A stretch of 64,000 bases of DNA from Alphaproteobacteria bacterium (GTDB lineage: Bacteria > Pseudomonadota > Alphaproteobacteria > UBA828): NCBI GenBank assembly GCA_965221125.1, contig CBDCRW010000004.1, positions 672,001 to 736,000 on the forward strand, read 5' to 3'. Every line of letters starts with the position of its first letter. Positions within the stretch are counted from its first letter, which is position 1. The notes under the pieces are model-generated. The model had not been told where the DNA came from. It did no database searches and saw only the letters and a program-made list of their open reading frames with translations. Below, one piece after another: positions 28,435 to 38,806 of the stretch. The position numbers and the translations under genes were made by a program.

Positions 28435-29904
28435 CTACTCGCCCGCACCCGCCGGCTCATCCGGGACATGCGCCTCCCACTCGGCCTCGCTGTTGATCGG
28501 ACCGCGATCGAGCAGCGCGAATAGCGAGCGGCGGGCGAGGCCCTGTCCCGACGCGAGGGCGTCGTCCAGCTCCTTTTCCCGCTTCCGCGGGTGCTTGCTG
28601 ACGGTGCCGTGGACAACCTTCGATCGCGTTCGGTAGAACGACTTCATCGCCTTGGAGACCGCGCGGCGGTCGTCGTCGGATTGGCCCAGGAGCCACGCGG
28701 CGCGCCCGCCGATCTTGCGCCTGATCTCGCCGTCATCGAACGGACCGTAAATGGCCTCCAGGGCAACGCTGGCATCGATGAGCCGGTCCTCCGCGCCGAA
28801 TCTGCCGCCGGCGATGCCCAGGGAGGAGGCGGCGCGGCGGATGGCCAGCTCCGTGCTGCGGTCCCCCTTCCCCGCGCAGAACGCCACCCACCCGCGGGCC
28901 GCAGCCGTGAACTCGCGGAGGTCCGGCACGGATGGTTTGAGGTCCTCGGGCCAAATATCGAACACGCCGATTTGGCTCCCAGCGGAATCGGTGCGGAGAT
29001 TGGGGTTCAACTGCTTCATCCACAGCGGCACCACCGTGAACGCGGTGTGGCTCACCAGTTTCGATCGCACTGCGATGCTCAACAGGTGCAGCAGGGTGTC
29101 GCGTTCGTCGAACATGTCGGTCAATGACTCGATGCGATGGTCCGCCGGGAACCAGTACCTGTGCTGGAGGGAATGGTCCGTGCTGCCGGAATCCTGGCGG
29201 GGCGCTGCCCCGGGGCCCCAGTTGAACCGGCGGACCAGGACGGCGCGCGAGGAAGCGTGGCCAAATCTGCCGGGATGCCGGTCCAGCCCTCCGTCCCTCT
29301 GGTGGACCCACGGCTCCGGATCTTCGGGCAGCCCAAAGCGCTCTCTGACGGCGTCGTAGGAGGCGAGATATGCGCCCCGGCCGAGCGACATCGGCTCGTC
29401 GAACTCGAGGCCGTGGAGCACTGTGATCTCATGGGCGTGCAGGCGCACGTCATTCCCGGCGACGAGGAAGCGGTGCAGCAGCGTCGCCGCGTACGTGCCG
29501 CCGACCCTCGCCGACAACTTGGCGAGGAAGGAAATCAGGAACTTGACGTCACCGGTCGCGCGTCCGTACACGGCTCCAAGACGAAACCCGCCCTCCGATC
29601 CGGAGGACCACGCCTGCGCGATGGCCGGATGCTCGCGCAGCACGTCCAGCACGCCGTCCGGCAAGGCGTCGACCTGGAGATAGTGTTCGTCGAACAGCTT
29701 GGCGGCATAGGCGTCGGTGTTGGCGAGGGCCGCCATTTCCAGGTAGCGGCGGTGCCGTTCCCTCCGGTAGGCGTCTATCTTCATTGATCCGTGCATGTCA
29801 GACGGAACGCGCAGGTGTCGCGCTCCCGCGAGCGTGTCTTCGAGGGCAGTGCCGAATCGGCGGATCCACGCTTTCCGGTCGAACTTCTCAGGGGTCGCGA
29901 TCAT
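28435..29904 (-). CDS. ApeA-like HEPN domain protein (start uncertain)
   Basis: C-terminal RLIDASVALEAI..RAAWLLG..FYRTRSKVVHG (RxxxxH). Confidence 0.78.
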   Translation of the reverse strand: MIATPEKFDRKAWIRRFGTALEDTLAGARHLRVPSDMHGSMKIDAYRRERHRRYLEMAALANTDAYAAKLFDEHYLQVDALPDGVLDVLREHPAIAQAWSSGSEGGFRLGAVYGRATGDVKFLISFLAKLSARVGGTYAATLLHRFLVAGNDVRLHAHEITVLHGLEFDEPMSLGRGAYLASYDAVRERFGLPEDPEPWVHQRDGGLDRHPGRFGHASSRAVLVRRFNWGPGAAPRQDSGSTDHSLQHRYWFPADHRIESLTDMFDERDTLLHLLSIAVRSKLVSHTAFTVVPLWMKQLNPNLRTDSAGSQIGVFDIWPEDLKPSVPDLREFTAAARGWVAFCAGKGDRSTELAIRRAASSLGIAGGRFGAEDRLIDASVALEAIYGPFDDGEIRRKIGGRAAWLLGQSDDDRRAVSKAMKSFYRTRSKVVHGTVSKHPRKREKELDDALASGQGLARRSLFALLDRGPINSEAEWEAHVPDEPAGAGE

Positions 29905-30534
29905 CGAGCTGCGGTCGTGCGAAAGCAGGTAGGATCGGGGCAAGCGTTTGCGGGATGATTCACGAGCCACTGGGAGACGTCGATGGCCCGGCACCGTGGA
30001 GCATTTCCATGTGAAGCTTCCTGGCGGCGTGCCTCCGATTCTGATGTCGGTTTCGTAAGGCAAGTTGTTGCTCGACCATGGCGAGGACCGCGGCTGGTTC
30101 TCCGACTTAAGTCAACGATGCAGTATCGCGTCTGACAAGCTTGGCTCAACCGAGCGCGAGTTGCACCGCTGGCGGATCCCCGCTCCGGCAGACGGTTGGT
30201 CGATCGACTCGACGTTCTCCCCGGACGCGCTGCGCCGCTTGCCTATCGGCCAACACGTCGTCCTTGTCCTGGATCGGAAGAACGTGCGTTCGGCGAGCCA
30301 AGTCGGTGTCGCGGTCGCCATAGCACTTGTCGCCCGGATGATTGTGTTGGCAACGTTGAATGAGTTCGCGCCCCATGCGAAGCTCAGGACCGCCCTGAAC
30401 ATATGGTCACTGACCACTCGAACAGAGCCGTCTCGACAGATTTTCGTCCTGGAGCCACGCCAACGTATTGGGCCAGACTAGGTATTGTGGAGTTCCCCCT
30501 TACTTACTCTGCAGAGAGAGAAAGGACAGCGTAC

Positions 30535-30837
30535 TTGAAAATTAGGAATCGCAATGGAACTGCGGATAACAGGTGCAGTTGCAGAACGTGGAAGCAGCAT
30601 TGGATGAATGTGACTGGCCGTAGGTGGCCGAAAGCGTGTGGCGTCTTGGGCTGCAGGAATCCTGCGGAACTCGGAGCTCATGTGCAGCTCGATGACGGAC
30701 GGTCCAAAGAACGTTGGTACATCCTTCCAATGTGCAGAACCTGCAACGGAAAGAAGCATAACCTAGAGGCCAAAATGGATAGAAGATACTATCTGGCTTG
30801 GGCTCGCAAATCCAAGACGTGTGACAAGTACTTTTAG
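30535..30837 (+). CDS. Small Cys/His-rich protein, possibly HNH-like
   Basis: TTG start after AAAGGA; CSC, CGVLGC, GAHV, WYILPMCRTCN. Confidence 0.55.
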   Translation: MKIRNRNGTADNRCSCRTWKQHWMNVTGRRWPKACGVLGCRNPAELGAHVQLDDGRSKERWYILPMCRTCNGKKHNLEAKMDRRYYLAWARKSKTCDKYF

Positions 30838-30854
30838 TCGTAGAACTCGCTTAT

Positions 30855-32033
30855 TCAGGATCCACCGCCCTTCGAGCCAGGGCGGCCTGTAGCGCGGGGG
30901 GCGATCAGAATGTCGAGCATTTCGCGGGCACAATAAACGCGGTTGCGTCTTGCGTCGCCGACGGGCGAGACGACACCGGCCATCTCCAGCCGGTCGATGG
31001 CGCGTCGAGCCGTCGTATAGGCCACATCCAGCTCTTTCGCGATCCCGCCCACGGTCCAGTAGGGGTTTTCGACGAAGAGGCGTAGCACCTTCTCCGGTCG
31101 CCCGGACTGAATGCCGGCCAGTTCTTCCCGCCAATCCTCGAACAGGCCGTCGATCTCCTCCATGCGATCAATTGCGTCGTCGGCTTGAAGCCGGACGCCG
31201 CACAGGAAATAGATGAGCCACTTCTCCCACGCCCCTTCCCGCGTCACCGCGAGCAGACGGGCATAGTACTCGTCGCGCGTCTCCTCGAAATATGCGCTCA
31301 GATAGAGGAGCGGTGACGGCAGCACTTCACGCTGCACCAGCAGGAGAGTGATGAGCAGGCGGCCGACACGGCCGTTGCCGTCGAGAAACGGATGAATGGC
31401 CTCGAACTGCGCGTGTGCGAGGCCGGCATGGATGAGCGGCGGCAGGGTGTCGTCATGAAGAAACCGCTCCAAGGAGTCGAGGCAGGCCATGAGTTCGTCG
31501 GCGGGCGGTGGCACGTAGCTCGCTTCGCTCAAGCTACAGCCGGGCGGTCCGATCCAGTTCTGGCTGCGCCGGAACTCACCGGGCGTCGCCGTGTCGCCAC
31601 GCACGCCGCGCATGAGACACTCATGGACTTCCCGGATGAGACGCAAGGACAGGGGCAGCGCATCCAGCCGTTCCAATCCGTACTCCAGGGCCTCAACGTA
31701 GTTGACGACCTCTTCGAGATCGTCGGAGGCGGGCCCGACGGTCGCACCCGCCTGGGCGGCCAGCAACTCCTCAAGTGTGGTCCGCGTGCCCTCGATCCGG
31801 CTTGACAGCACCGCTTCCCGGCGAAGGAACGGGCTGATAAAGAGATGCGGATTGGGAAAGCGCCAGCCTTCGCCCGCGAGCCGGCCGATCGCCCGATCCG
31901 CGCCAGAGAGCGCGGCGACGAGTTCTGCGTCCCATGCGATCGGCGGAGCCAGCGGCGCCGGCACGAAGGCGGTGTAGCCGCCGGGGCCTTGCACATTGCG
32001 GCCGTGCGGCCGGCGGCTCGGATCGGAGGCCAT
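30855..32033 (-). CDS. Fic-family protein
   Basis: HPFLDGNGRVGR catalytic motif, SSRIEG autoinhibitory motif, C-terminal HTH. Confidence 0.93.
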   Translation of the reverse strand: MASDPSRRPHGRNVQGPGGYTAFVPAPLAPPIAWDAELVAALSGADRAIGRLAGEGWRFPNPHLFISPFLRREAVLSSRIEGTRTTLEELLAAQAGATVGPASDDLEEVVNYVEALEYGLERLDALPLSLRLIREVHECLMRGVRGDTATPGEFRRSQNWIGPPGCSLSEASYVPPPADELMACLDSLERFLHDDTLPPLIHAGLAHAQFEAIHPFLDGNGRVGRLLITLLLVQREVLPSPLLYLSAYFEETRDEYYARLLAVTREGAWEKWLIYFLCGVRLQADDAIDRMEEIDGLFEDWREELAGIQSGRPEKVLRLFVENPYWTVGGIAKELDVAYTTARRAIDRLEMAGVVSPVGDARRNRVYCAREMLDILIAPRATGRPGSKGGGS

Positions 32034-32318
32034 AGCGACGCGACGCTCCTTGTTTGCGAGAATGAAAACAGCGCCCGCATGTATTATCGTATTGCAGAAG
32101 AATCGCAAATAGGGATGCCGGTTTCATGCGTGTGGCAGATCGGGCGCTGGCGTCGCCGGCGAGAGCGGAATGGCGCTAGGAGGGAAGGGCCACATGGTGA
32201 GACTCGCGGCTTGTTCCTGCTCTGGCCTTGGGCCTCTTCAGCGAGGCCTCTCACGTCGTCGCCGGTCTCCCGCGACCTCGTCAAACGGTCTTGAGGGATC
32301 TAGAGGTTACAAAAAAGC

Positions 32319-32339
32319 GGTACCGATGTGGTACCTGGG
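32319..32339. repeat. GGTACC pair at 11-bp spacing; putative integrase arm sites
   Basis: Reverse complement CCCAGGTACCACATCGGTACC resembles CCCAGGTACCCTATAGGTACC at 55662-55682. Confidence 0.6.
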
Positions 32340-32366
32340 GAATTTCGCTCTATCTGGCTTGAAATG

Positions 32367-32403
32367 AAACACCCCGCTAACTATCTGTGTTAGCGGGGTG
32401 TTT
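32367..32403 (-). terminator. Hairpin downstream of tRNA 3' fragment
   Basis: AAACACCCCGCTAAC-TATCTGT-GTTAGCGGGGTGTTT. Confidence 0.7.
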
Positions 32404-32413
32404 TCGGCCGGTT

Positions 32414-32463
<50 letters not shown>

Positions 32464-32613
32464 CCTAGAACGATTTCGCCATTTCCGGTCCCTTGACGCC
32501 TTTCAGCGCCGGTCATCGTCAATAATGTTATATTACAATGGATTATGTTGGGATTCAAGGCCTGTCAGGCTCGCCAATCGCAAACATCCGCCGTCACCGA
32601 TTTTAGTTTTCGT

Positions 32614-32652
32614 GATTCCCATGCGATTCCCAGTGTGGTAGGGTGATTCCCA
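32614..32652. repeat. GATTCCCA x3; putative arm sites of integrase 1
   Basis: Copies at 32614, 32625 and 32645, between att and the integrase start. Confidence 0.6.
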
Positions 32653-32676
32653 GCAGAGACAGTTGCGGGGATCGCC

Positions 32677-33849
32677 ATGCCGGCGCAGATCAAGATCACC
32701 AAGCGGGTCATCGACAGCATCGAGTGCGACGGAACCGACCGCTTCTACTGGGACCGGGAGCTGCCGGGGTTCGGTATGCGGGTCAGGGCATCGGGCCGCA
32801 AGTATTTTGTCACCCAGTTCCGCGCCAGCGGCCGGCTTCGCCGCATGACCCTGGGCCCGGTCACGGCCATGACCCCGGAGATTGCGCGCAAACGCGCGAT
32901 GGCCCTGCTCTCCGAGGCCAAGTCGGGAGGCGATCCTGCTATGCAGCGGGACGCAGACCGGAAGGCGGCAACCGTCAAGCTGCTCGGACAACGGTTTCTC
33001 AACGAGTACGTCCCCGACCACTGCAAGGAGAGCACGGCCTACGAATACCGGCGTTCGGTCGAGTTGTTCATCGATCCTAGGATCGGCAGCCGCAAGGTGA
33101 CCGAGGTCCAGCGGAAGGACATCGCCGAACTGCATCATGCGATGCGGAAGACGCCCTACCAGGCCAACCGTACCCTCGGTGTGCTCTCGAAGATGTTCAA
33201 CATGGCGGAGGTGTGGGGCCTGCGGCCTGACGGCTCGAACCCCTGCCTGCACGTCAAGCGCTTCAAGGAAGAGAAGCGCGAGCGGTTCCTGAGCACCGAG
33301 GAGTTCCAGCGCCTCGGTGCGGTTCTCGACGAAATCCTCAAGGACGGCTCCGAGACCCGTTCGGCCGTCGTGGCCATCCGCCTGCTGATGCTGACCGGCT
33401 GCCGACTTTCGGAGATCCAGAAGCTGCGATGGGAGCATGTCGACCTGGGCGCCGGGGAGTTGAACCTGCCCGACACGAAAACGGGCGGCAGGGCGGTGCC
33501 GCTGGCGCCTTCGGCGGTGCGGCTTTTGGAGTCTCTCCCCCGCGACGACGACAACCCGTGGGTGATCGCCGGCCGGAAGGCTGATTCCCATCTCACCGAT
33601 CTCCAGCATCCGTGGCGGCGCATCCGAGAGCGCGCTGAACTGCCCAACGTGCGAATTCATGACCTCAGACATTCGTTCGCGTCCAGGGCGCTGGCGCTCG
33701 GCGAAGGGCTGCCTATGATCGGGAAGCTCCTTGGTCACACGCAGGTGCAGACAACCGCCAGATATGCTCACTTGGCCCGGGATACCGTCAAAGCCTCCGC
33801 CGCGCGCATCGGAGATAGCATCGACAACGATCTCGAAGCTACGCCATAA
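32677..33849 (+). CDS. Tyrosine integrase with N-terminal arm-binding domain
   Basis: WDRELPGFGMRV; TGCRLSEI, HDLRHSFAS, LLGH, TARYAH. Confidence 0.95.
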   Translation: MPAQIKITKRVIDSIECDGTDRFYWDRELPGFGMRVRASGRKYFVTQFRASGRLRRMTLGPVTAMTPEIARKRAMALLSEAKSGGDPAMQRDADRKAATVKLLGQRFLNEYVPDHCKESTAYEYRRSVELFIDPRIGSRKVTEVQRKDIAELHHAMRKTPYQANRTLGVLSKMFNMAEVWGLRPDGSNPCLHVKRFKEEKRERFLSTEEFQRLGAVLDEILKDGSETRSAVVAIRLLMLTGCRLSEIQKLRWEHVDLGAGELNLPDTKTGGRAVPLAPSAVRLLESLPRDDDNPWVIAGRKADSHLTDLQHPWRRIRERAELPNVRIHDLRHSFASRALALGEGLPMIGKLLGHTQVQTTARYAHLARDTVKASAARIGDSIDNDLEATP

Positions 33850-33891
33850 GGTGCTTGTTGGATTTCACCGACGATCTCAGACCGTTCCCGA

Positions 33892-35061
33892 TCACTGCAT
33901 CCTATTCATGAATTCGTCGAAGAGCGGAACGGTGAAGGCGGCATAACCATATCTCGGGCTGAAGATCATGCCGTTATGGATCAGCGCTTCGCGGGTGGGG
34001 CCGAGCTGTTGGGATGACTTGCCAAGCTCCTTGGCGATCTGCCCGGTTCGGTGAGGACCAGGGCCGCATCTCGCCATGGCGTGCAGATAAGCCTTCTGTG
34101 GATCCGACAATCGTTCATACCGCGATCTGAAGAAGTTGCGGTCCAGTCGCTCGATCACGGCGGTGCTGGCTTTCTCCAAGTCCTTCACGGTAATGGGAGT
34201 GACTTGTGCGGTATTCCATGCCTGATATCCCCATTCCTGAAGGAAGTAGGGATATCCCTGCGTTGCGGCTATGACCTCGCTAATCGCCTCTTCCTCGAAT
34301 TCGACATCTGCCCGCGCCGCCGGCCTGACCAGCGCACGTCTCGCCTCGACCGGTTCGAGGGGGCCTATATCCGGATACTCGAAGAGGCGCTCCGCATAGG
34401 TTTTCGCTTCGCCCGTGAGTCTGACCACGAGCGGCAGCCCTGCGCCAACGACGAGCAAGGGGAGCCGCTTCTGGTCTACCCGATGCACCGCCATAATCAG
34501 CGCCTCGAACTCCTCTCGCGACAGGTTCTGGATTTCGTCAATGAGGATCACGATGGAAGTGTCGCGGGCCCTGGCCGCCTCACCGGCGGCAATGAAAACT
34601 TCCCCGAGATCACGGCTCAGTGTGCCGCTGTCCGCGATACCCGGTTCGCTATCGATGTCCACGGCGAACTCGATACCCTCCACCTTGATCCTTATCGCCC
34701 CGACGAAGCTCTTCAACACGCGCAACCCGGTCTTTACATGTTCGTTCACTCCCTTGGCCCGGTCGAGCTTCAGCAGAAGCGAGCGCAGGGTTGCGACGAT
34801 TGTCTTCGACAGGGGTTCGTGATTGCCGATTTCGATGAAATCTGACAGCGCACCCTCCTCGTCCGCTATGGCCTGGGCCTCATTCAGCAATACCGTCTTG
34901 CCGACCCCGCGCAGCCCCACGAACATGAGGCTACGAGCCGATTGCCCGGATCTGTTGCGCTGTATGGCGAGCCGGGCATCGGCAAGAACGCCGTCGCGAC
35001 CTGCGAGTTCCGGCGGAGGCGTGCCCGCTCCTGGGGCATACGGGTTCACACGAGGGTCCAT
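33892..35061 (-). CDS. P-loop ATPase (AAA_16-like) with C-terminal wHTH
   Basis: NPYAPGAG..LAGRD, GLRGVGKT, ILIDEIQ, GYPYFLQ. Confidence 0.85.
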   Translation of the reverse strand: MDPRVNPYAPGAGTPPPELAGRDGVLADARLAIQRNRSGQSARSLMFVGLRGVGKTVLLNEAQAIADEEGALSDFIEIGNHEPLSKTIVATLRSLLLKLDRAKGVNEHVKTGLRVLKSFVGAIRIKVEGIEFAVDIDSEPGIADSGTLSRDLGEVFIAAGEAARARDTSIVILIDEIQNLSREEFEALIMAVHRVDQKRLPLLVVGAGLPLVVRLTGEAKTYAERLFEYPDIGPLEPVEARRALVRPAARADVEFEEEAISEVIAATQGYPYFLQEWGYQAWNTAQVTPITVKDLEKASTAVIERLDRNFFRSRYERLSDPQKAYLHAMARCGPGPHRTGQIAKELGKSSQQLGPTREALIHNGMIFSPRYGYAAFTVPLFDEFMNRMQ

Positions 35062-35239
35062 TCAGTCACCTCTAGAATGTTTAGCCATTGCTAGCATAAA
35101 CATTACCGGCGCACACCAGTTTATAGAACATCCCGATAAACTTCCTACAACCTGAGCTCTGTTCGCTCCGGTCACGCGCTCTCCCCTGCCAGACCCTCGG
35201 ATCACCTCCTGTTTCCGAACAAGGTCCTGCACGATTACG

Positions 35240-36151
35240 CTACCCTAAGACCCCTTTGCCCTCACTTTCTTCGGCCCGGATCTGATCCAACTCTTGGGTA
35301 ATTTCACGCCATACCTGTTCCGTCACCTGTTGCACGTCGTGCTTCAAATCGCCTTGGCCCATCCTCTCCAAGACTATGGAATTCGCCTCCACCCTCAGCT
35401 CGCTCATCGATTTCGCAACGGCATCTTCTATCAGCTCACTCACGTACTCCTGCTTGATTACAAAGCCGTAGTCATCGGCAACTAGGCTCCTCGCATACAT
35501 CACTCCAAGCAGACGATAACGCCTGTCGTATGAGACAAATACTGGTCCTCCACTGTTACCTCCCAACACCGTTCCATCGATAGCGATCAGACCTTTTCCA
35601 CTACAATCCATCGAAGGAATCGATGCTATCGACCCCTTGCGCATCAATGCCAAGCCGTTCAGAGTATCCTTCATTCCGTTCGGATATCCTGCATACAATA
35701 CCTTACTACCGACTCCGAACCGGTCATATTCCAACTTATGCAGAAAGCCAGGCCCCAGTATCGGTACATCGTACCCCTTCGTCTCTATTCCTCTCAGGTC
35801 CAAACATGCCAAATCTATTTCTTCATCCTTGTGTCCGGTGTAGCGATGCACGGCCCGATCAATCCTGATCCGATCCTGCTTCCCGAATCTTACTTGTCCG
35901 TTCGAATCCTTCTTATTGAGCAAAATCACCTGAGTGCCCACACCCTCAGCGAGAACATGCTTGTTGGAAATGAGGAGCAGGCAATCAATTCTCGGACCTT
36001 CTTCAAGCTGTCCCAATGCTTGGACAAAGAATCCAGTGCCTGTCCACTGTATTTTATCGTCGAACTCTACCGAAACTTCGATGGCGACGCGGGTTGCATG
36101 ATGATTGAAGTAATCTTGTCCCATATCCGCCTCCTTAAAGGGGCGAGACAT
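35240..36151 (-). CDS. Trypsin-like serine protease
   Basis: GTGFF, SNKHV (His), DLACL (Asp), GGNSGGPV (Ser); low GC. Confidence 0.85.
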   Translation of the reverse strand: MSRPFKEADMGQDYFNHHATRVAIEVSVEFDDKIQWTGTGFFVQALGQLEEGPRIDCLLLISNKHVLAEGVGTQVILLNKKDSNGQVRFGKQDRIRIDRAVHRYTGHKDEEIDLACLDLRGIETKGYDVPILGPGFLHKLEYDRFGVGSKVLYAGYPNGMKDTLNGLALMRKGSIASIPSMDCSGKGLIAIDGTVLGGNSGGPVFVSYDRRYRLLGVMYARSLVADDYGFVIKQEYVSELIEDAVAKSMSELRVEANSIVLERMGQGDLKHDVQQVTEQVWREITQELDQIRAEESEGKGVLG

Positions 36152-36513
36152 GGTCGCCCACTACGAGCAGTCGTGTAACCCATCGCCACGCGAGACTTGC
36201 GCCCAATCAACCAGTACTGTCTTCACGCCCTTGTTGCCTGATGCGCAAGCCCTGACCCCAGCGAACCCCCCGGCCCTCGTGTTCGTCGACCCTCCAGTGA
36301 TCTCCGCATTCAGCCCTGTTCGCGGTCGTCATCGTATCGTAACCAGCCGGTTTCAACCCCAGGCTCGTTGCTGCCGTCCACAAAAGAACCGAATCGCTCG
36401 CACAGGTAGCACAAAGGCCAGCCCTTCGCGATTCCTGACGACCGCGCCTGCCGGCAGGCAGGAGGCGGCCCACCACATCGTGCGAGCCGATCTCCCGCTC
36501 TCCGCCGTCAGTG

Positions 36514-37374
36514 TCAGTGCATGGTGACCTTTCCGATTCCAAACAGGTCGGGATCGAACTGCACGAACCGGTCGAACAGCGGGGTCTTGCGCCACTCGCC
36601 GTGGCCGGTCCGCGTCGCATCCTCGCCGCGGCACTCGACCAGACCGAACCAGCGCAGCGGCCGCAGCAGGCGCAGCACGAACAGCACCGGCGCCACCCAA
36701 TCCGGATTGCGCAGCACCGCCTCGTCCGGCAGCACGCTGAGACGCATCAGCGTCTCGGTGTCCTGCCAGCGGTCCCCGGTCGTCGAGAGAGACCACAGCG
36801 CCAGCCCGATCTGCGGCTGGGGCCAGTTTCCGCATTCGGGCTCGCCGAACAGGCTCAGGCTCACCTCCCAGAAGCAGTTCCGGAAGAAGTTCCGCTGGAC
36901 CCGCTCCTGTGCGCCCTTGAGCACGTGGCGCCCGGTCGCCCCGACCCGGAGCCTGCCGTGCTTTCGTATCAGCAGGCTGTCCATCGTCACCAGCTCCCGG
37001 AGCAGCCGCAGTTCCTCGACGTGACCTTCCCGCAGCCGCTTGCCGGCGCGCCATTTCTCCTCGAACAGACAGCCCGGCCAGTCCATCTCCTGGCACATGG
37101 CCGACACGGTCTCCAGCGTCAGGTTGCCCCGAGCGGTGAGTTCCAGCCCGTCCGCTTCCTCGGCGGCGCGCATCAGCACGAACGCGTTCTGCACCATCGG
37201 CGAGTGCGCGATCTCGTCATCCGTCAGATCGAACGCCAGGCGCAGAGCCCCGTCCTCCCAGGCCGGCATGCCGCGCAGCGCATCGATCCGGTCCGCCTTG
37301 AGGCTGGCCCAGGTCGGCACCACGCCATTCAGCCACCGGTCGTAGACGGGCGGCATTCCCGCAATGTGCAACAT
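36514..37374 (-). CDS. Hypothetical protein (~286 aa)
   Basis: Coding-like ORF from MLHIAGMPP with AAGGGG RBS; GLELTARGNL motif; family not assigned. Confidence 0.6.
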   Translation of the reverse strand: MLHIAGMPPVYDRWLNGVVPTWASLKADRIDALRGMPAWEDGALRLAFDLTDDEIAHSPMVQNAFVLMRAAEEADGLELTARGNLTLETVSAMCQEMDWPGCLFEEKWRAGKRLREGHVEELRLLRELVTMDSLLIRKHGRLRVGATGRHVLKGAQERVQRNFFRNCFWEVSLSLFGEPECGNWPQPQIGLALWSLSTTGDRWQDTETLMRLSVLPDEAVLRNPDWVAPVLFVLRLLRPLRWFGLVECRGEDATRTGHGEWRKTPLFDRFVQFDPDLFGIGKVTMH

Positions 37375-37850
37375 GTCGAACGCCCCCTTGCTTTCTTCGC
37401 GTCCTGTCGGCAACCGATTCGGCCGCACGGGTTGCCACGACCATGTCCCCCATAGACCGGCATTCCTCGACTGTCGGTCCCGCCGCGTCAATCCCCCAGC
37501 CACCACGGCACGGCCTTGCCGATTCTCACCGTGTCGGGCGTGACGCGGGCCCCACCGTATCTTCCTGCCGCACGCAGCGATAGCTGTGACCCAGTCGGGT
37601 TGACGTCCAGGACGGCCGGCTTCAGCCGCTGCTTTCATTCCAGGTCGGGGCGTTATCGTCCCAGGTAGCCACCTCGACCGGCACATTCCCGGTCACCGCG
37701 ACCGTGGTCGGTCATGAACGTCTTCCCGTTCGCGGCATGGATGAGCCGACTCCGGCACCAAACGCCGGCAGGAGGCGGAGGCCGGCGTCTTCCGGGCGAA
37801 GCGGGAGATCCGGGAGCGGTCTCCCGCGCCACCAGCCGGGAGCCCGGTCC

Positions 37851-38659
37851 ATGCCCGCCGAACCTTTCGACATACACCTGCCGCCTCGGTGCGAGGACAT
37901 GATCCGGGCCGGCGTCCTTGTTTCGATTTCGACCAGCGGCGGCAAGGACAGCCAGGCCATGACGATCCTGCTGTCCCGGATCGTCCTCCGCACCCAGCTC
38001 CTCGCCATCCATGCCCCGCTCGGCGAGGTCGAATGGCCGGGGACGGTCGAGCATATCGAGGCGACGCTGCCCTCTGGGGTGCCGCTCATATTCGCACCCG
38101 TCGCGTCCGGCAAGTCGCTGCTCGACCGCGTCGGGGAACGGGGCATGTTTCCGGGGGTCCGGCAGAAATGGTGTACCGCGGGCATAAACGCGGACCGATC
38201 GAGCGCGAGCTGCGCCGCTACCTGAAGGCCCATCCGCGCTTCGGCGGACGCCTGGTGAACTGCCTCGGCATCCGCCGCGACGAGAGCGCCGCGCGCGCCC
38301 GGCGCGTCCCCTGGCGGCGCAACGAGCGCATGAGCGCAGCCGGGCGCGAGGTCTTCGACTGGCTGCCGATCTTCGACCTCTCGACCGAGGACGTATTCCG
38401 CGTCATCCGGGATGCCGGCCAGTCGCCGCACTGGATCTACCGCCACCTGTCGCGGTGCAGCTGCTCGTTCTGCATTTTCTCGTCGCCCGGGGACCTGCGG
38501 ACGGCGGCCGGGCTCCGTCCCGGTCTCTACCGCCGCTATGCCGAGACCGAACGCCGCGTCGGCCACACGCTGTCGCCGACCGGCAGGCCGTTGCCCGAAC
38601 TGACCGGCATCGCGCCGGCCCGCCGCCCGGAAGACCCCACCGGTCCGGACCGCGTCTGA
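37851..38659 (+). pseudogene. PAPS-reductase-family protein, frameshifted near 38183
   Basis: SGGKDS and KWCT in one frame; KRGPI..GIRRDESAAR..RCSCSFC in the other; paralogue at 63522-64000. Confidence 0.8.
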
Positions 38660-38806
38660 CGGACCCGCGGGACGGCGCCCGCCCCGCGTCCCGCGCGCCG
38701 GCGACATGCCCCGAAGCGCAACGAGAGGAGGGCGGCTTCCGCCGGGCGAAGGCCGGGCGCCCGGAGGGTGCCCGCGCCGCCATCCCGCCATTCCGGAGGC
38801 CTGCCC

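Noticed and set aside
22800-32100. Integron cassette array
   Set aside because: No IntI and no recurring attC sites; gene orientations are mixed.
38170-38200. Programmed frameshift in the PAPS-reductase gene
   Set aside because: No canonical slippery heptamer; a single-base loss or a sequencing error is simpler.
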